From Rotaria sordida (Eukaryota), in NCBI GenBank assembly GCA_905251635.1, contig CAJNOT010003552.1, forward strand, positions 1 to 14,841: DNA of 14,841 nt, read 5' to 3'. Position 1 is the first letter of the stretch; each line of letters starts with the position of its first letter. Under the pieces are notes generated by a model that saw nothing but the letters and a program-made list of their open reading frames with translations, made no database searches and had not been told where the DNA came from. Below are positions 1 through 9,898 of this stretch, piece after piece. A program made the translations under genes and the position numbers.

Positions 1-1475
1 AGGTAAGAGAAATCGTGCCGTATTATGCGAAACTTGCATATCTTAACAATGATGTATTGGTAGATTGATCTCTCTGACTTTAACTTACAAAACACTTGAA
101 CATCAGCTTTCCATTTATGAGCAAAAAAAATGTCTCAATTCTACAGGATGTAGATCGTTTATTCTCAGAACCATTCGATTCTACCCGATTCCTATTTGCT
201 TAACTCTTGTGTCATTTTTCTCACAATCAAAAGGTGATTCTCATCGACTTGTGATGTAACATAGTTACTATTTTTACGTATATTTTCAGTTCATGTTTCT
301 ATTACTTGTTTGATCATAAAAGTTTCTAGATCCTTTTTTTTCATTACTATGATATTAAGAATCTGTTGCTGCTTTATTTGACGATCTATTTTTCTTAGAA
401 CTATTGAAATTCTGTTGTGTTTTCATTCTGACATGAAACAACATATTTATTAAGTTTGGAAATTTCTATAATAAGAAAAGAACGCAAGAGAAGCATGTAG
501 GATTGAATATCTGAAAGTACAATATGGTTCGAAGAAAGAATTGTAACACTCATACAGTGAAAATTCAGCTAAGGTTTTCTATTCGTTTTATAAATGAATA
601 AAACGTTCAGTGTGAATAGAATTGTTTGAATTACAAAGCAATCGATTTGTTTTCTTTGTTAATATTAGAATATTGTTATATTTATCGTGATGATAAGAGA
701 AACTACATTCTTCTTTCTGCATCCTTTGACTTCGCTTAAACTAGACAACTGAATTTAGTACAACAAGAAATTTTCAGAAAAAATCAAATATACAGTTTCT
801 TTTATTGCATAACAGTTCATTAAATAACTAAATTAATATAAAAAAAGCAAGAACACATTTCATAAACAACAAATAAAAATAGAATCTATTGTAAAGTTTT
901 TGTTTTTTTAGAAGTATCGAATTCCAATAAGCAAAAAGTAGTAAAAATATAAGAAAGAAAAAAAACGAACTTTCATACAGATAGCTCTGAAACTTCAATA
1001 GTATTTATATTACTGCACCAGAAAATCATTAGTATAACCATGTAGCATAATAATTAATGATTTTAACACAAAATTCATATTCAAGTGACTTACATTCAAT
1101 TGATCGCCTATTTAAAAAAATGTTGCTCAAAATATATCACTCGATATTATTAATCACTCATGTGATTTTCTAACTTCTTTTAATCATAAGTTGCAAGACA
1201 GTTGTAAGTTACATTGGTGATTGTAGACAAGTGACGAAATGTGAATTGATTTTTAAACCTTTAATATTTTCATCAAAATCGTAGATACATGTAATACAAT
1301 GAAGGTCTTATTGTTCTATCTACATCGGCAGAGTTGATTGAAAAGTGAATATTTATAGCTAGTTATCATAAAGAAGTTCTAATTATAAATCGGATGTCCT
1401 AAAATTATTACAACACATCGTATTTTGTATATATTTGATTATGAGTAATTCACACAAAGGGTAATATTTTTTTTT

Positions 1476-1806
1476 CGAAAGATGCATCGTGGAAAAGCTC
1501 TACGACAATTACTAGATTAATCTCTTACTAAAATGCTTCGATGTTTTTTTTTCATATAATCTAAATAAAATACCTACATATTCTTGTTACTTCCCATTTT
1601 ATTTAAAACATTAGAAACTTTTCGAAGATCTTTTTCTATTTTGTAGTGACAATTTACTCATACAGGTTTTGTAGAGCTTTCAACAGCGTATCTTTTGAAA
1701 AAGATAATCGATAATGCATCGTTTTCTGAAGCTAAGATATAGGAAAAGTGAAGAGTTAGTCCAGCATTTTTTGTAGAACTTTTCGCGATACATCTTTCAA
1801 GAAAAA
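1476..1806. repeat. imperfect foldback (inverted-repeat) element with three related segments
   Basis: Segment A (+, about 1476-1540) CGAAAGATGCATCGTGGAAAAGCTCTACGACAATTACTAGATTAATCTCTTAC matches the reverse complement of segment C (about 1747-1806) TTGAAAGATGTATCGCGAAAAGTTCTACAAAAAATGCTGGACTAACTCTTCAC, with mostly transition differences. The reverse complement of segment B (about 1667-1703) CTTTTTCAAAAGATACGCTGTTGAAAGCTCTACAAAA also matches A and shares the exact 10-mer AAAGCTCTAC. Confidence 0.5.
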
Positions 1807-4360
1807 CCAGTCAAACTTTTTGTCATTTAATCATGATGAGATCTAGACCAACTACGGTGTGCTGAAATAGATTGCAAATATAAATTTTTAAATGTTATAC
1901 CTAAATTGATATTGAATATGGTTTGTATCCAATTCATACACTCGTTAAGAGAGTACATTATTATCAAAAACTTTTTAAAAACTTTTCTCAAATGTTTTTC
2001 CATTCTTTTTCATTAAACGTTCTTTTATAACTTAAGTAGGTAAAGAAGCAACATGTCTATATTGTATTTTAACATAAAACTCCATATGAACAGAAATAAA
2101 TATAATTCATTGTTTATTCTATAATAAAACACTTTCTTCATAATGATGTCAACTGACTATAGTCGATATTAATCGATAATTCATACATGACAAAATGAAC
2201 ACAATTAAAGGCAGTCGAATCATTTTTATCATTATATCTTCACGTGTTGCTTTACTCAATTTTCTTAAACAAAAGGTAGTTTTTCTTAAAAACATGATAT
2301 TTGAGTTAAATGCATAGAAAGATAGTATGAGATCAAATCTTTCAATAATGACAATACTTTTTATGCAGCACTTCGTATTTTTGTTTTCAAAAATCGTTGC
2401 CATTTTCTGCTTGAAAGATGCGATTTTTCGGATGAAGTGAACACCATTTTTCGCTTTTTCTCAGTTTATTATTGCTTTTGTGATTGCACATTGCGCCATT
2501 TTCACAGGAGCTTCATTGTAGCCTATGTATTCTTCTCGAATTTGAAAAAGTATGTCAAGATACAAGGTGTGAATTTTTGAAAACATTGAACTTTTCATGC
2601 CTGTGTTTCCCTGAAAAAGTAAGAATCAGAAAAAGACAGAGAACTCCACCAAGCATTACATACTGAGTGAATGCGAATGTGAATTTAGAAGGAAAGAATA
2701 AGCTCACATTCACACCTACATTGATCTTTTTTGTACAGTTGAAAAGTGCGTTTACTTCTGTACAAAAAGTTGTTTCTGATATGCATTTCATTGTGAGAAT
2801 AACTTTCGCATGAAATTAGAACTTATGTAATAGTATCTCAAATTCAGAATCTTTTTATCTAATGTTAGTGCGTAACAGAGAAGTCTTTCTCTACAGATTC
2901 GGTACTTTTACATACATAGAAACGTAATTTTATATGATGAATAAAACATGATGATGAAATATGTCGAAAGTAACAGTGTTATATTTAAATAAGACGTATC
3001 ATTCAAAACAAGATAGTAACTTGTTTCAAATGATTCAAGATGTAAAATGTAATATTTTGAGACCTTTTTATTTTTGCTTTTTGGACTCAGAAAAGTAGAA
3101 TTATGTCTTGAAACAATAAGATTTTCTTGTTGCTCTGATTTTAAATTCTAGATGCAAAATAATTAATAAAAACTGTAATTTTTGTGTTGGAAAGTTGTTC
3201 ACTAATGTTAACTTTCTTTTGAAACAACTCCAAGTTCTACGTTTTTTGTAATGGCATAGTGTAAAGAGATTCTCAGCTTATGGCTTAAAACCCCTATCAT
3301 AAGTTAACCTTTAGTTTAGGTCGCTTTATGGAACTGAAATCTTCCAGTATACACAAAAAAAACATACTTTTCATTAAGATTAATTATCGTTGGAAACTGT
3401 GGTCCCGAAGACGAATCTTTTAAGAGTTTTAAATGACATGTGAGCCTAGATTTTATCTTAACTAGTAAAAATACATCATGATAATATTGTCTTTTCTTCT
3501 CTTGAACTCTTTGTCTTGATATAATTGTTAATTTTTCACATCAAAAAATGTGTAAAAACGAAAAACTATATACGAAAAGAAATGTAACATAAGAATCGAT
3601 TGACTCTACAAGCACAGCATAATACACGAAATAAAAGAATTTGTAATGAGCTTAACATTTTGTAGAGAAATTATATGAAAATGAGAAAAAAATAGAGAAA
3701 CTCTTTAGCATACATTTAATGAACGCAAGAAAAATCCAAATTCTTTTGAAATTAAAAAGAAAAACAGTATAATAAATAATTGAATATTTTTAATAGAGTT
3801 GCTACGTAATATCTGATAATATATCTTTAAAGGAGAGTGTTTATTAAAATCTACATGAATATAATGAAGATTTTTCTTTTTAATCTTTTTTTGAAGTACT
3901 CATATTCTTCCAAGTTCTTTCTCGTTCTGTCTATTAGTCGATAAAAGGATGTGAAATTTCAATGTTTTCTATATTTATATATATGTACAGAAGTACTTAT
4001 GACGGTATGAGTGGAAAGAGAAGACACACACCTACACCATCGTTGGACCTATTTACTTTGAATATAAGAGACACCATCAGAAAAACTCAATAGGAGTTTT
4101 AAAAAAAGAATCAAGAGTGTACGATTGATCTCTGTTGAAATATTTGAAAAATACCAAATGTCGCAAAACTTATAGTACACCCGGTATTCATAAAGTCAAA
4201 ACGAGAAACGAAATAAATAACTTTTTGATGCTGTCACCTTCTTCAAAACAAAAACAAAGAAAACACCCATTAAGAAGAGAGATTCGAAAACGAATCAGAA
4301 CTTGAAACGATGTTGATTTTACAATAATTCAAATGGACTTTTCACTTTTTCTCTATATAG

Positions 4361-5365
4361 AGTGTTACTCCTTTTCTTTTCTCTCTTACTTTATCATATG
4401 ATCCTCTCATTGCTCCCTCTATTTCAATTTATCCATTACGTGGAAGTGCCATTGACATTCATCCAAATGGTCGATGGCAACAGAATGGTTTCACTGTCGC
4501 TGGAGGAACTGGAAGAGGCAATGAAATCAATCAACTCTCATACCCAAAGGGATTATATGCGGATGATGATCAAACAATTTATGTCGCTGATACAGACAAT
4601 CATCGTATTATGGAATGGAAAGTGGGTACGACGAGTGGCCAAGTGGTTGCCGGTGGAAATGGACAAGGAAGTGAGGCTCATCAATTGTCTTACCTAGAAG
4701 ATGTGATTGTTGACAAAGAGACAGATGGTCTCATCATAAGCAATTATTCGAATAAAAGAGTAGTTCGATGGTCTCGTCGAAATGAGACAAGCGGAGGAAC
4801 AATCATATCCAACATCGATTGTGTGGGTTTGGCAATGAATGAGAATGGATCTCTCTATGTCATTGATATAGAAAAAGATGAAGTGGAATGATATCGAAGA
4901 GGAAAATCGAAAGGAACAGTAGTTGCAGGTGGCAATGGAAGCGGAAATCGTCTCGATCAACTCAATCGACCAACATACGTATTTGTCGATCGAGATCAAT
5001 CAGTGTACGTGTCTGACTCTTGGAATCATTGTGTGATGAAATGGATGGAAGGTGCAACACAAGGCGTTGTCGTAGCTGGTGATCAAGGAGAACGAAATGG
5101 TCTTACACAGTTATCATTTCATCAAGGAGTCGTTGTTCATCAATTAGGCACTGTCCATGTGGCTGATTATTGAAATCATCGAATCACGCGTTGGCCCAAA
5201 GAAGCTACACAAGGAAGTGTCATTGCTGGTGGAAACGGTGACGGAGAACAATCGAATCAACTCTATTATCTCTATGGTTTGTCATTTGATCGACACGACA
5301 ATCTCTATGTCGTCGACTACGGAAATCATCGAGTATAAAAATTTAACATTGTCTCAAATAGTTAA
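4361..5365 (+). pseudogene. NHL-repeat (six-bladed beta-propeller-like) protein, decayed, possibly lacking upstream exon(s)
   Basis: A single frame reads ...IDIHPNGRWQQNGFTVAGGTGRGNEINQLSYPKGLYADDDQTIYVADTDNHRIMEWKVGTTSGQVVAGGNGQGSEAHQLSY...NIDCVGLAMNENGSLYVIDIEKDEVE*YRRGKSKGTVVAGGNGSGNRLDQLNRPTYVFVDRDQSVYVSDSWNHCVMKWMEGATQGVVVAGDQGERNGLTQLSFHQGVVVHQLGTVHVADY*NHRITRWPKEATQGSVIAGGNGDGEQSNQLYYLYGLSFDRHDNLYVVDYGNHRV*KFNIVSNS*. The internal stops are TGA 4889-4891, TGA 5171-5173 and TAA 5336-5338, all in the same frame. The repeated motif VAGGNGxG..NQL..P.G..VD....YVAD..NHRI..W is typical of NHL-repeat proteins. Confidence 0.85.
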
Positions 5366-5400
5366 AACATTATGCGAATGCTACTTTTTCTTTGCTTCTC

Positions 5401-5406
5401 AATAAA
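5401..5406 (+). promoter_or_regulatory. candidate polyadenylation signal AATAAA of the NHL locus
   Basis: AATAAA lies about 35 nt after the terminal TAA of the NHL frame. Confidence 0.35.
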
Positions 5407-5832
5407 TGTGATTCGATTGCTTTATATCTTCGTTTTTATTGTATTCACGTACGCGACCTCGAACTGTCTCTAACCGTTCCTAGCCTATGTTTACGGTCAA
5501 TCCGGAAGACCTATTAAGGTTTTATATTGAAAAAAGAAATCAGAACCCACCCGGATGATACCTGAAAAAGAAATAAAATGACTTACTTGTCACTAAAAGA
5601 AAAAAAAAACATAATTGATCAAAGAGATCAAGCGATGAGTACAGTATGATTCACTTGTTTTTACTAGTTTTTATCCAGTTTGCTGTATTTCTACAAAGAA
5701 AAAATCAGAAGCTCTTTATTTCTATACTATTTGGCAGAACGTCGATTACTCTTTCTAATTATATGTTTTCATTTAATTCATAGTTCGATAGAGAATTCCT
5801 ATTTTTTTATCAAACTATCTATTCTTCATCAA

Positions 5833-5850
5833 ATATATATATATATATAT
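5833..5850. repeat. (AT)9 microsatellite
   Basis: Direct reading of atatatatatatatatat. Confidence 0.9.
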
Positions 5851-6222
5851 CAGTTTCTCAAAATATTTAGTGATTTTCTAAAAATTTTTTCAAGGATATT
5901 TTAAATTCTTTATTCTTATCGAATGAATTATAGCCACGTGAATTATCGCAATCTTTTCAATCCAGTATATCGTTGAACGAAGGAAAAATTGTTCCATTGA
6001 TTTATGTAATTTTAGTTTAATTTAATTTTAAGATTTTAAAGGTTAATTCGAGATTATTCGTTTAGTATCGAAAAATCTACTTCTGCAAAAGTGTCTAAAA
6101 TTCGAACAATGAAATTGAATTTTCTCCATTAATTTCAAACAGTGTCGTTTAATACTTTGTGTGACACTAAGCTTGATGGATTTCTTTCATTTATAATGAT
6201 TTTCGCAACAATTGGATTCTTG

Positions 6223-6277
6223 AGGGTGTGGGTGTGGATGTCGGCATATTGTATTCTAACACCCACACCCACACCCT
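6223..6277. repeat. telomere-like inverted repeat (TGTGGG / CCCACA), 15-bp perfect arms
   Basis: AGGGTGTGGGTGTGG (6223-6237) and its exact reverse complement CCACACCCACACCCT (6263-6277) flank a 25-nt spacer. Confidence 0.9.
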
Positions 6278-8298
6278 TAGGTAGAGTGAAGACTTCTGCT
6301 AGTTTTGATATTCTTCTTATTTTCAATATTCGTCCAAAATTTTTATTCTGAAAAGCAAAAAACCAAATGATAATAGTTAAGTACAATTAAAACATACCTT
6401 CTAGAGAAATATTGGGAAGAATAATCACTGGTGACTGAAGACGAGATACGTCGTTACCCATCTACACATCGTTCACCACCTATTCTTACCCGGCATTGTC
6501 TTAGTGGTGCTATCGTCAATGTTTTCCAACACTTTCATGTTAGGATTCAGTAGAAGCGGAAAAACGGACCTTGGATCCTACCAGCTTCTAGAGATCAATT
6601 CACATGAGTTCACCAGAATTCATTTAGATTTCGTGACTGAAGAGCTTCTTTTTCCTCCTTTGTTATATTTCTTTCTTGAAGCTTTGTAAATCCTGTGGCT
6701 TATAGAATCCATGCTTGCACAACAATAAGAAAATGTGTGCACTCATTTTCTATCGACTCTTATGATGCAGAATGTTTTTACTCTCGTTGCATACGTAAAT
6801 ATTCTTCAGAAAGTGCGCAGCAGCAATAGCATAAATGTTTTTGTTCTGACTTTTTTAGATTAAGACATTTCGATGATAGAAGCAATGAGAATTGACCATT
6901 TGTCCAAACTACTACTATGGAAATGGCATCCCGTCAGATTGCTCTAACAGGTAGAGCTTTAATATCAGTAGATTTAGCTCTAAAAATCTACGCTCTTCTC
7001 AATGTAACATCTTCAGAACCAACTTCAAAGAAAAAGCTCGATCAATATCAGCTATATTTATAACATTTAATGATCATAAAATTACCGCTGATCTCAATGT
7101 ATACAGAGGACGGGTGAGTGAAGAAGAGACACACCCTCACTCATTCTTTTCATGGTACATCTTTTTAAAAAAAAACAAGTTTTTGTCATTTATCTATGCT
7201 GAGATATATGCAAAATAAAAAGTTCATAATTTTTGAGGAAATCTTTTTTGTACTGGAAGAGAAGATTATTGAATAGCTTATGCCAATACAACTCGGATAT
7301 TGATCATTTTTTATTTTGATACAAAAAAGGCGAACTTCAACTAAGGACAATCGTCAAATGATTCAACAAAACTCTATCTGATTGCAGTTGTGAAACAAGC
7401 ACATTCATTTCTTCTATCATAGTCCTTCAACAAGAATCCGGTTTCTTATGAAAAAATTAGTCATTTTTTTTCATGTAAAGAAACAACCTTAGTCCGAGAA
7501 ATCCAAAACGAATGATGATATTTTTATAATGACACTCGATAGCAAAGTAAAGATAAGGAGAAAAAAAAACTTCTGATAAGGAGGGCATACATTTTTTTTT
7601 TTGGTTCTATTCAACAAGTAACACGTGCACTATGTCGCTCTATTAAAAAAAGTGATATTTAAGACGAAAAGAAAATGAAAAAAAAGCAGAGATGAAAGAA
7701 GTACTATTCAATCTATTTGAGTTTTTAATTTACCATTCATGTTATGTGTACACTTCGTAATCGCGCTGCTTCCTTAAACCATCTCTTCTTCATCCTTTTT
7801 TTTTATTTGTACTTGTGCGAGACAATGAGACAAAACAAATCAGCAAATGTCATGATTATTAAGTATAAATGGAATCTTCATGTAAGAAGTTTGTCGACAA
7901 GTAGAATCTCATAGTAACTAACTTTAAAAACTAGTCATCTCAAATCTTACATTACGATTTTACTGCATACCCCACCCTACAGACTTTTGTCAGTGTTTAC
8001 TGGATATATTTGGATCATATAGATTCATAATGAACTGTTTTAATTTGCATTGTCCACATATTTTACATATCATTTACGTGTTAGTTAGAGAGAGAACATA
8101 GCGTTTTTCGTTCCCGATGTGTTTAAAAACCTCCACAAAATAGTGGAATGATCACTAATTTATTACGCATCGATATATTTACTTCGCTTTTGTTCCTATT
8201 TTTTGTTATGTCAACAGTATTGTATCAGATATCGAATGAAAAAATGATTCTTAAATCTTTCTTCTTGAGCTATACACGAGTATTGTTTTCTAAATATT

Positions 8299-8307
8299 TT
8301 TTTCCAG
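8299..8307 (+). promoter_or_regulatory. candidate 3' splice / trans-splice acceptor upstream of the reductase ATG
   Basis: TCTAAATATTTTTTTCCAG: a polypyrimidine tract ending in AG at 8306-8307, 12 nt before ATG 8320, with a branch-point-like CTAAAT just upstream. Confidence 0.45.
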
Positions 8308-8319
8308 ATTCCGATCACT

Positions 8320-9360
8320 ATGCCATCAACTATTCTGGTTACAGGTGCGAATTCATTTATTGGTGGGTGGATTGTGAAATATCTTCTTGAAAAAGGATAC
8401 AACGTTCGTGGAACAGTTCGATCCCAAGCCAAAGAATCGCAAGTTCTCGATGGTATTTCCCAGGATGATCGAAGTCGAATTTCATTTGTATACGTGAATG
8501 ATATCACTACCGATTCATTCGATGAAGCTGTTCAAGGAGTTGATGGCATCATTCACGTTGCCTCACCATATCATTTTAAAGTTACGGATCCGGAAAAAGA
8601 TTTACTTCTACCAGCAATCCGTGGAACTGTGCGAATTCTACAGGATGCTCATCAATACAACAAAAACAATCAAAACAAGATTAAACGAGTCGTGATTACA
8701 TCGTCATTCGCTTCAGTTATCGATCCAAGTAAAGGACTTCGGCCAGGCTACTCTTATACCGAAAAAGATTGGTCTCCATTAACTTATGAACAAGGTGTTG
8801 CAGCAAAAGATGATCCATTTACAGCCTATCGCGTATCTAAAGTATGTGCTGAACGTGCTGTATGGGAGTTTATTGACAAAGAAAAACCTTCATTTACAAT
8901 TGCGACTATATGCGAACCGATGGTATTTGGCCCACGTGTTGGTGGTTTTAACTCACCCGATGATTTAAATACTTCTAACACGTTAGTATGGTCACTAGTT
9001 ACAAGTGGTAAAGATACTAAAGTGCCAGAAACACATGCACCACTGGAAGTTGACGTCAGAGATGTAGCTTATACACATATAGCAGCTTTAGAGCGATCGA
9101 TAGACACAAACGAACGTTATCTAATAGCAGCAGGAAGCTGGAGTTTTCAAGAAATAGCTGACATTGTTCACGAAAGTAGCGTTATTCCGAAAGCTATCAA
9201 GGATATAACACCAATTGGTACAAAAGGTCAACAGCAACCAGATCATTTTACCATCGATAGTTCTAAAGCACAAAAGGAATTAGGTGTTACATACATTCCT
9301 TTTAAAAAGACGATGGAAGATTTAATTTTGCAATTAGCAGAATTACAGAAGAAATTGTGA
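8320..9360 (+). CDS. NAD(P)-dependent extended short-chain dehydrogenase/reductase, GRE2 / dihydroflavonol-4-reductase / methylglyoxal-reductase-like
   Basis: Intact 346-aa ORF. It has an N-terminal Rossmann motif ILVTGANSFIGGWIVKYLLEKGYNVRGTVRS, IHVASPY, VVITSSFASV, the catalytic YxxxK as AYRVSKVCAERA, and EPMVFGPRVGG. Together these are characteristic of the DFR/GRE2-like extended SDR family. Confidence 0.93.
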   Translation: MPSTILVTGANSFIGGWIVKYLLEKGYNVRGTVRSQAKESQVLDGISQDDRSRISFVYVNDITTDSFDEAVQGVDGIIHVASPYHFKVTDPEKDLLLPAIRGTVRILQDAHQYNKNNQNKIKRVVITSSFASVIDPSKGLRPGYSYTEKDWSPLTYEQGVAAKDDPFTAYRVSKVCAERAVWEFIDKEKPSFTIATICEPMVFGPRVGGFNSPDDLNTSNTLVWSLVTSGKDTKVPETHAPLEVDVRDVAYTHIAALERSIDTNERYLIAAGSWSFQEIADIVHESSVIPKAIKDITPIGTKGQQQPDHFTIDSSKAQKELGVTYIPFKKTMEDLILQLAELQKKL

Positions 9361-9487
9361 CACTAAACATGAACGGGTATTGAGTAGTTCTTCTATTTTG
9401 ACTGTATCCTTTGACTATGTTTGTTGTGATTTTACGATAGTGATTTTCATTGGGATATCTGTTCAAATATATAATCATATTCTTCAG

Positions 9488-9493
9488 AATAAA
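9488..9493 (+). promoter_or_regulatory. candidate polyadenylation signal AATAAA of the reductase gene
   Basis: AATAAA lies about 128 nt downstream of TGA 9358-9360. Confidence 0.4.
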
Positions 9494-9651
9494 ATATGCG
9501 TGTCCAAATCAATCTTCATTCTGCTATCTATTGTCTCTCAATCGTAAAGCTAGAACATAGGGATTAGTTGCATGCAATGATCAACTTTCAATAGATTTGA
9601 TATGGAAGTATCATTATATCATTCATAGTTTTCAAATGCTTAGTTACAGAA

Positions 9652-9750
9652 GGTGTGGGTGTGGGTGTATGTATGGGCGTAGGTGCGAGTGTGCGTGCGG
9701 GTGTCAGGCGTGGGTGAGTGTCGGAGAACTGAAGATCCACACCCACACCC
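9652..9750. repeat. telomere-like G-rich array with inverted C-rich arm
   Basis: GGTGTGGGTGTGGGTGT (9652-9668) is followed by a degenerate G/T-rich stretch (GTATGGGCGTAGGTGCGAGTGTGCGTGCGGGTGTCAGGCGTGGGTGAGTGTCGG), then CCACACCCACACCC (9737-9750). 9652-9664 is the exact reverse complement of 9737-9749. Confidence 0.85.
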
Positions 9751-9837
9751 TTTTTTGTACTTCAAAAAAAAAACGTAAATTTTGGCAGTGTATCACCTGG
9801 CGTTCAGTCACCTTAATGCCTACCAAAGACCAATATC

Positions 9838-9898
9838 GAGTCGAGTCGAATCCCTTAAAATATATGTCGAGTCGAGTCAAACTCGAAGGACTCGACTT
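9838..9898. repeat. GAGTC/GACTC short repeat cluster with internal hairpin potential
   Basis: GAGTCGAGTCGAATC (9838-9852) and TCGAGTCGAGTCAAACTCGAAGGACTCGACTT (9867-9898). GTCGAGTC 9871-9878 is the exact reverse complement of GACTCGAC 9889-9896. Confidence 0.8.

Noticed and set aside
4030-4048. cacacacctacacc as a third telomere-like motif
   Set aside because: It is too short and degenerate, with no inverted partner nearby, and does not show the TGTGGG period.
4362-4697. 111-aa plus-strand ORF starting at GTG
   Set aside because: It is in a different frame from the NHL-repeat reading, and its translation shows no family motifs while the overlapping frame does.
4694-4999. 101-aa minus-strand ORF
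   Set aside because: It is antisense to the recognisable NHL-repeat frame, a shadow ORF produced by the codon usage of the sense strand.
5450-5525. Relatively GC-rich patch (acgtacgcgacctcgaactg...ggtcaatccggaagacc) considered as a tRNA or snRNA
   Set aside because: No cloverleaf with correct A and B boxes or acceptor pairing could be built by eye.
7111-7144. GGGTGAGTG ... CACCCTCACTC as another head-to-head G-rich/C-rich element
   Set aside because: The arms are not exact reverse complements beyond 6 bp (GAGTGA/TCACTC), and the hexamer period is absent.
8148-8390. 80-aa plus ORF overlapping the reductase start
   Set aside because: It is out of frame with the clear SDR gene. Its hydrophobic start is expected from T-rich DNA and there is no other support.
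8211-8507. 98-aa minus ORF over the reductase 5' end
   Set aside because: It is antisense to a strongly supported CDS.
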